From the human T2T-CHM13v2.0 reference genome, Homo sapiens: a stretch of 64,000 nt of DNA. A model generated the notes under the pieces. The model searched no databases and was not told the DNA's origin. It saw only the letters and a program-made list of their open reading frames with translations. The translations under genes were made by a program, and so were the position numbers. Shown piece after piece: positions 58,413 to 64,000 of the stretch. The stretch lies in the NCBI RefSeq assembly GCF_009914755.1, contig NC_060948.1. One strand, given 5' to 3'. How positions within the stretch are numbered: the first letter of the stretch is position 1; every line of letters begins with the position of its first letter.

Positions 58413-58925
58413 TGCCAAGACCAGCTCGGCTGGGGAGACCCTAACCCAGTGGTGCTAGAGGAATTAAAGACACACACGCAGAAATATAGAGGTGTGAAGT
58501 GGGAAATCAGGGATCTCACAGCCTTCAGAGTTGAGACCCCCAACAGAGATTTACCCACATATTTATTAACAGCAAACAAGTCATTAGCATTGTTTCTACA
58601 GATATTAAATTAACTAGAAGTATCCCTTATGGGAAACGAATGGATGGGCCGAAATAAAGAAATGGGTTGGGCTAGTTAACTGCGGCAGGAACATACCCTT
58701 AAGGCATAAATTGCACATGCTATTGTTTGTGGCTTAAGAATGCCTTTAAGTGGTTTTCCACCCTGGGCAGGCCAGGTGTTCCTTGCCGTCATTCCCGTAA
58801 ACCCAAAACCTTCCAGCTTGGGCGTTAGGGGCCATTATGAACGTGTCACAGTGCTGCAGAGGTTTTGTTTATGGCCAGTTTTGGGGCCAGTTTATGGCTA
58901 GATTTTGGGGGGCTTGCTCCCAACA
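58413..58925 (-). mobile_element. MER9 (HERV-K9/HML-3) solo LTR inserted in gag
   Basis: Minus-strand start tgttgggagcaagccccccaaaatc; 513 bp; 6-bp TSD ctgctg/ctgctt. Confidence 0.92.
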
Positions 58926-59201
58926 CTGCTTCTCTAGGTATCCTCCAACTTCTCCATCCAGCTTCAGCCTTTCACTTGCCCACTTCTAGAAATCCTCTTT
59001 TGAAACAAGCCCCAGTCTCCCTCTTTCCCCTCCAACATACACCCAGTGAATTTGGGCATAGTAAGGTCCAGGTCTTTTTTTTCCTACAGGACTCAGAGCA
59101 AACTGAGGATCTTGGCAGGTTTTCAGATGACCCTGCTAGAGAAATAAATGCTTTCCAAATTTCACTCAAATATTTGAACTCTCCTAGATAGATGTTATGT
59201 T

Positions 59202-59499
59202 CTTTTTTTTTGTTTTGTTTTTTGTTTCTTTTTTTTTTTGGAGACGGGGTCTCGTTCTGGTGCGATATTGGCTCATTGAAAGCTCCACCTCCTAGGTTCA
59301 TGCCATTCTCCTGCCTCAGCCTCCTGAGTAGCTGGGACTACAGGCACTGACCACCATACCTGGCTAACTTTTTGTATTTTTACTAGAGATGGGATTTCAC
59401 CATGTTAGCCAGGATGGTCTTGATCTCCTGACCTCGTGATCTGCCCACCTCGGCCTCCCAAAGTGCTGGGATTACAGGCATGAGCCACTGCACCCGGCC
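59202..59499 (-). mobile_element. Alu (AluY-like) with a small internal deletion, inserted in gag
   Basis: ttcatgccattctcc and ttagccaggatggtc; TSD gatgttatgtt / gatgttaagtt. Confidence 0.92.
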
Positions 59500-60505
59500 G
59501 ATGTTAAGTTACTTTTGAATCAGACCCTGATGGACACTGAGAAATAGGGCACTCTGTAAGCAACAGAGAAATTTGAGGATGAGCTTGGCATAACACATAG
59601 CATAAGGGAAGGGGAAAAACATTATCCAACTGGAATAGAAGCAGTACCAATGGATGACCCTAAATGGGATCCCAATGACAAGATGAAAGACTGGAAGAGG
59701 AGACACTTTCAAGTGTGTATAATGAAAGGCTTATGTAGAACTAGTACCAAGCCACTTAATTATACTAAGTTGTCCATGATTGACCAAGGATTTGATAAAC
59801 ATCCCACTGCCTTACTGTTAAGGTAATGGAGCATTGGTAAAGTGCCCCTCTTTATCTCCTAACTTAGTTGAGGGACAACTAGCCCAGACCAATTCTGGTA
59901 TCAGAAGAAGCTACAAAAACAGGTCCTGGATCTGGATAGTACTTTAGAGAACCTCCTGAAATAGCCACCATTGTATTTTATAATAAAAACGGAGAGGCCC
60001 AGAAAAGAGAGAAAAAACAGGAAAGAATAAGAAGACTTAATGGCTGCCAAGTAATCCCCACAAACTTCAGAATTCCCAGGGTGCACCTGGTAACTGTTAA
60101 AGATATGGCAAAAACAGTTATTTATCTTCTAAAGTTTAACTACCTCCATACAAAGTTTAATTTATTTTGTCAGGGTGAAACAACTCAGGTAAAATGTTTC
60201 TGTTAGTACGTTTCACTTCTTATCTCTGTAATCTTTGGCAATAAATTATTTCCTTTTACAATACACATGTTTAACCTATGCATACATAACTGTATAAAAC
60301 GTGTTTCTCTCTGACTTAGCAGCCACAAAATTCCAAATGGTCAGACAATGGGAGCTTCAGATGATGGCTCCACTTACTAGGAACCCTTAGATAGACATCT
60401 GGGAGAAATCTGACTGCTGCTTTCCCTGTCAGCAGGAAGTAGCTTAAGACTGGTGGTCATCCAAATTCTAACAGCAATTAGATGTACCTCTTCAGGAAGG
60501 GCAAA

Positions 60506-63409
60506 TGATATAGGAGAGAGATACGGTAATGCTGGATAGAAAAAATTGGTCTCTGGTGAGGTCTCTCCATCCTCTGGCCTATGGCAATGGACCTAGGTCA
60601 GGACAGGCACTCCTGTTTTTATGCCCAAATATTGCATTTCCCAAGAACACCATGTCCAGCCATGCCCTCCATCCTGTGCCTATAATAACCCTGAGACCCT
60701 AGTGGGCACACACACAAGTGGCTGGATGTTTAGAAGAACACACTAGCAGAAGAACACACAGGTGGCTGGACACTGAGAGGAGCAGAGGAATGGAAGAGCA
60801 CAACAACAGTCACTGGCAGGCCATCAAGATGCAGAAGGACACTAACAATGAAGGAAATTTGGCTGGGGTTGTTGGAGGATAGTTCAGCCACTGAGCAGCC
60901 TGACTCCAGGGGAAAACCACCTTTTCACTGTATCCCCCTTCTGGCTTCCTATTTATCTGTAGTAATATGGTTTGGCTGTGTCCCCGCCCAAATCTCAACT
61001 TGAATTTTTCTCCCAGAATTCCTATGTATGGTGGGAGGGACCCAGGGGGAGGTAATTGAATCATGGGGTCTTGTCGTCCTGTGTTATTCTCATGATAGTA
61101 AATAAATCTCAGAAGATTTGATGGGCTTATCATGGGTTTCTGCTTATGCTTCTTCCTCATTCTCTCTTGCAGCTACCATGTAAGAAGTGCCTTTCACCTC
61201 CCACTATGATTCTGATGCCTCCCCAGCCATGTGGAACTGGAAGTTTAATTAAACCTCTGTGTCTCTTTCCAGTCTCAGATATGTTTCCTTATTAGCAGCA
61301 TGAAAATGGGCTAATACAGTAAATTGGTACCAGTAGAGTGGGGTGTTGCTGAAAAGATACTCAAAAATGTGGAAGCAGCTTTGGAGCTGGGTATCAGGCT
61401 GAGGTTGGAACAGTTTGGAGGGCTCAGAAGAAGACAAGAAAATGTGGGAAAGTTTGGAACTTCCTAGAGACTTGTTGAATGGCTTTGACAAAAATGCTAA
61501 TAGTGATATAAACAATAAAGTCCAGGCTGAGGTAATCTCAGATGAGATGAGAAACTTGGGAACTGGAGCAAAGGTGACTTGCATTATGTTTTAGCAAAGA
61601 GACTAGTGGAATTTTCCCCCTGCCCTAGAGACGTGAAATTTTGAACTTCAGAGAGATAATTTAGGGTGTCTGGCTGAAGAAATTTCTAAATGACAAAACA
61701 TTCAAAAGGTGACTTGGGTGCTGTTAAAAACATTCCATTTTAAAAGGGAAACAGAGAAAAAAATCAGAAAATTTGCAGACTGATGATGCAGTAAGCCCTT
61801 GGTGCCCTGTGTCCCAGCTGCACCAGACATTGCTAAATGGGGAAAAGGTACAGCTTGATCCATGGTTTCAGAATGTACAAGCCTCAAACCTAGGTAGTTT
61901 CATGTGATGTTGAACCTGCAGGTGCACTGAAGTCAAGAATTGAGGTTTTGGAGCCTAAACCTAGATTTCAGAAGATGTATGAAAACACGTGGATGCCCAG
62001 GAAAAAGTTTGCTTCAGAGGCATGTCCCTCATGGAGAACCTCTGCTATGGCAGTGTGAAAGTGAAACGTAGGGTCAAAGCCCACACACAGAGTCTCTACT
62101 GGGGCACTGCCTAGTAGAGCTGTGAAAAGAGAGCCACTGCCCTCCATATCCCAGAATGGTAAATCCATTGACAGCTTGCACTGTGCACCTGGAAAAGCCA
62201 CAGACACTCAGGGCCAGCCCGTGAAAGCAGCCAGGAGGGAGGCTGTACCCTGCAAAGCCACAGGGGTGGAGGTGCCCGAGACTATGGGAACCCATCTCTT
62301 GCACCTATGTGACCTGGATGGGAGACCTGGAATCAAAGGTGATTATTTTAAAACTTTAAAATGTCACTGCCCTGCTGGATTTCAGACTTCTGTAGGGCCT
62401 GTAACCCATTTGTTTTGGCCAATTTCTCCAATATGGATGACTCTATTTATCCAATACCTGTATCCCCATTGTATCTAGGAAGTAACTAGCTTGCTTAAAA
62501 TTTCACAGGGTCATAGGCAGAAGGAACTTGACTTCTCTCAGATGAGACTTTGGAGTGTGGACTTTTGGGTTAATACTAAAATGACTTAAGACTTTAGGGG
62601 ACTGTTGGGAAAACATAATTGTTGTTGAAATGTGAGAACATGAGATATGGAGGGGCCAGGAGTGGAATGATATGGTTTGGCTGTGTCTTAACTCAAATCT
62701 CAACTTGAATTGTATCTCCCATAATGCCCACATGATGTAGTAGGCACCCAGGGCGATGTAATTGAATCACTGGGGCCAGTCTTTCTTGTGTTATTCTCAT
62801 GCTAGTAAATAAGTCTCAGGAGATCTAATAGGTTTATCAGCGGTTTGCGCTTTTACTTTCTCCTCATTTTCTCTTGCCACCACCATGTAAGAAGTACCTT
62901 TCTCATCCCATCATGATTCTGAAGACTTCCCAGCCATGTGGAACTGTATATCCAATTAAACCTGTTTTTCTTCCCAGTCTTTGGTATGTCTTTATCAAAA
63001 GTATGAAAATGGACTAATAAATGCAGAGAGCTATATTCATCATTTAAGAAAAACTTGGACTCATTATGCAAGCCCATGTGTGATTCAATTTTTCTACTAC
63101 CTTAGGGGAAGAACTCCAGGACACAGGTCCTCTGTCCTTGCAATAAGGCAGAGGGTCTAATTGACCTGATTTATATGAGTTGCCTACAGGCATAAAACTA
63201 AAAAAGCACACTGTAACACATGCCCACTGGAACTTCAGGAGCTGTAAACATTCACCTTAAGATACTACCATGGGTTGGAAGCCCACACTTCACATGACCT
63301 GCCCATCTGCTTCTTCCCTTAGGGGTTTTGAGTAGCAGGGCACCAAAGAAGTAAGCCGTATCCCCATCACATGCCCTGTAAGGGGGTCAAGGGAACTTTT
63401 TCCATTTCA
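60506..63409 (+). mobile_element. LTR1/LTR27/LTR28-family 3' LTR, split by THE1A (60506-60962 and 63022-63409)
   Basis: Starts tgatataggagagag after the PPT; ends gggaactttttccatttca; LTR1-type agaagaacacac...ggctgga repeats. Confidence 0.75.
60963..63021 (+). mobile_element. THE1A element, two-LTR (LTR 60963-61318, int 61319-62667, LTR 62668-63021)
   Basis: Two direct LTRs (t[a/g]atatggtttggctgtgtc ... ctaata[c/a]a); 5-bp TSD tgtag/tgcag. Confidence 0.93.
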
Positions 63410-64000
63410 AAATGAAATAAAATAAGTGGAAAGACCTACCAAAAGAACATGCTGCAACTACACATCAGATAATATATCAAACACTGTGCTTCCTCAACTT
63501 GCAGCATGTTAAGATCATTTGCTTTCCTTAGTTCTATGAGAATATAAATTCAATTATGGGCAGTTTTTACCCAGTTCCATTAAGGTAACTTGTACTTTCA
63601 TGTAAAAACACACATTTGTTTAATTTAGTGGAAAGCTGAATCATTCCTACAGTTGATGTCCAAAATCAACCACAATGCTTGGGGCTTTCTTATCTTCTGG
63701 CAAATATTCTCACCCTCTTTCTCAATCTCTCTCTCAGGTGAATAAACATTAGTGGAATAACTTGTCTCTAGGGCATCTATGTACAGAACATCAACACTAA
63801 CATATACTAGTTCACCTGAGGTTTTAAAAAAGACAAGCAATCAGTACCTCATGAGCCTGTCCACTGCTAACTCCAAGAAAGAGTCCACCTGCAATATTAG
63901 CAACTACACTATTGTCTTCAGGGACATCTGCAGATGGGCACTTGAACTGTCATCTAAGAAAGGAAAAACACTGACCACTTCTGTAAGGAAAGTTGAATTA

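Larger units (their letters stand above)
56530..60505 (+). mobile_element. ERV1 internal region (HUERS-P-like), no 5' LTR: leader, gag (ATG 57987), pol/env absent, PPT near 60495
   Basis: gag remnants YAFYTLQDNPDLWQHC (ORF 58166) and EDLGRFSDDPAREINAFQ (ORF 58865); the 3' block cagcaggaagtagc is homologous to the reverse complement of ~8060-8140. Confidence 0.8.

Noticed and set aside
63780-63960. Plus-frame peptide KKTSNQYLMSLSTA resembling a GPCR TM2 start
   Set aside because: The match is too short and lacks flanking hydrophobic helices; it cannot be supported without a search.

Overview
This is primate, most likely human, non-coding genomic DNA: AT-rich, strongly CpG-depleted and dominated by interspersed repeats. 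I find no intact protein-coding gene, RNA gene or CRISPR array. The supplied ORFs I can recognise are L1 ORF2, ERV gag or Alu fragments; the rest look like chance ORFs. The only host-gene remnant is a decayed terminal exon of a ZNF91-type KRAB zinc-finger gene (~4.7-6.5 kb, + strand). Other contents are a minus-strand LTR-int-LTR-int-LTR ERV1 stack with tRNA-Gly-like primer sites (7.5-22.3 kb), long old L1M/L1MA elements, several L1PA insertions, Alus, MER52, MER9, THE1 and MLT LTRs, and three DNA-transposon relics. The composition resembles Y-chromosome-like gene-poor DNA, but that is inference only. I see no new biological system. The most notable signals are retrotransposition scars readable at base level: four twin-primed (5'-inverted) L1 insertions. 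One has a junction filler copied from a local flank with fold-backs at both ends, plus a tandem second L1 3' end inside the same TSD. Another appears to carry a 3' transduction and splits an AluJ. Repeat subfamily names come from remembered consensus features and need RepeatMasker/Dfam confirmation.
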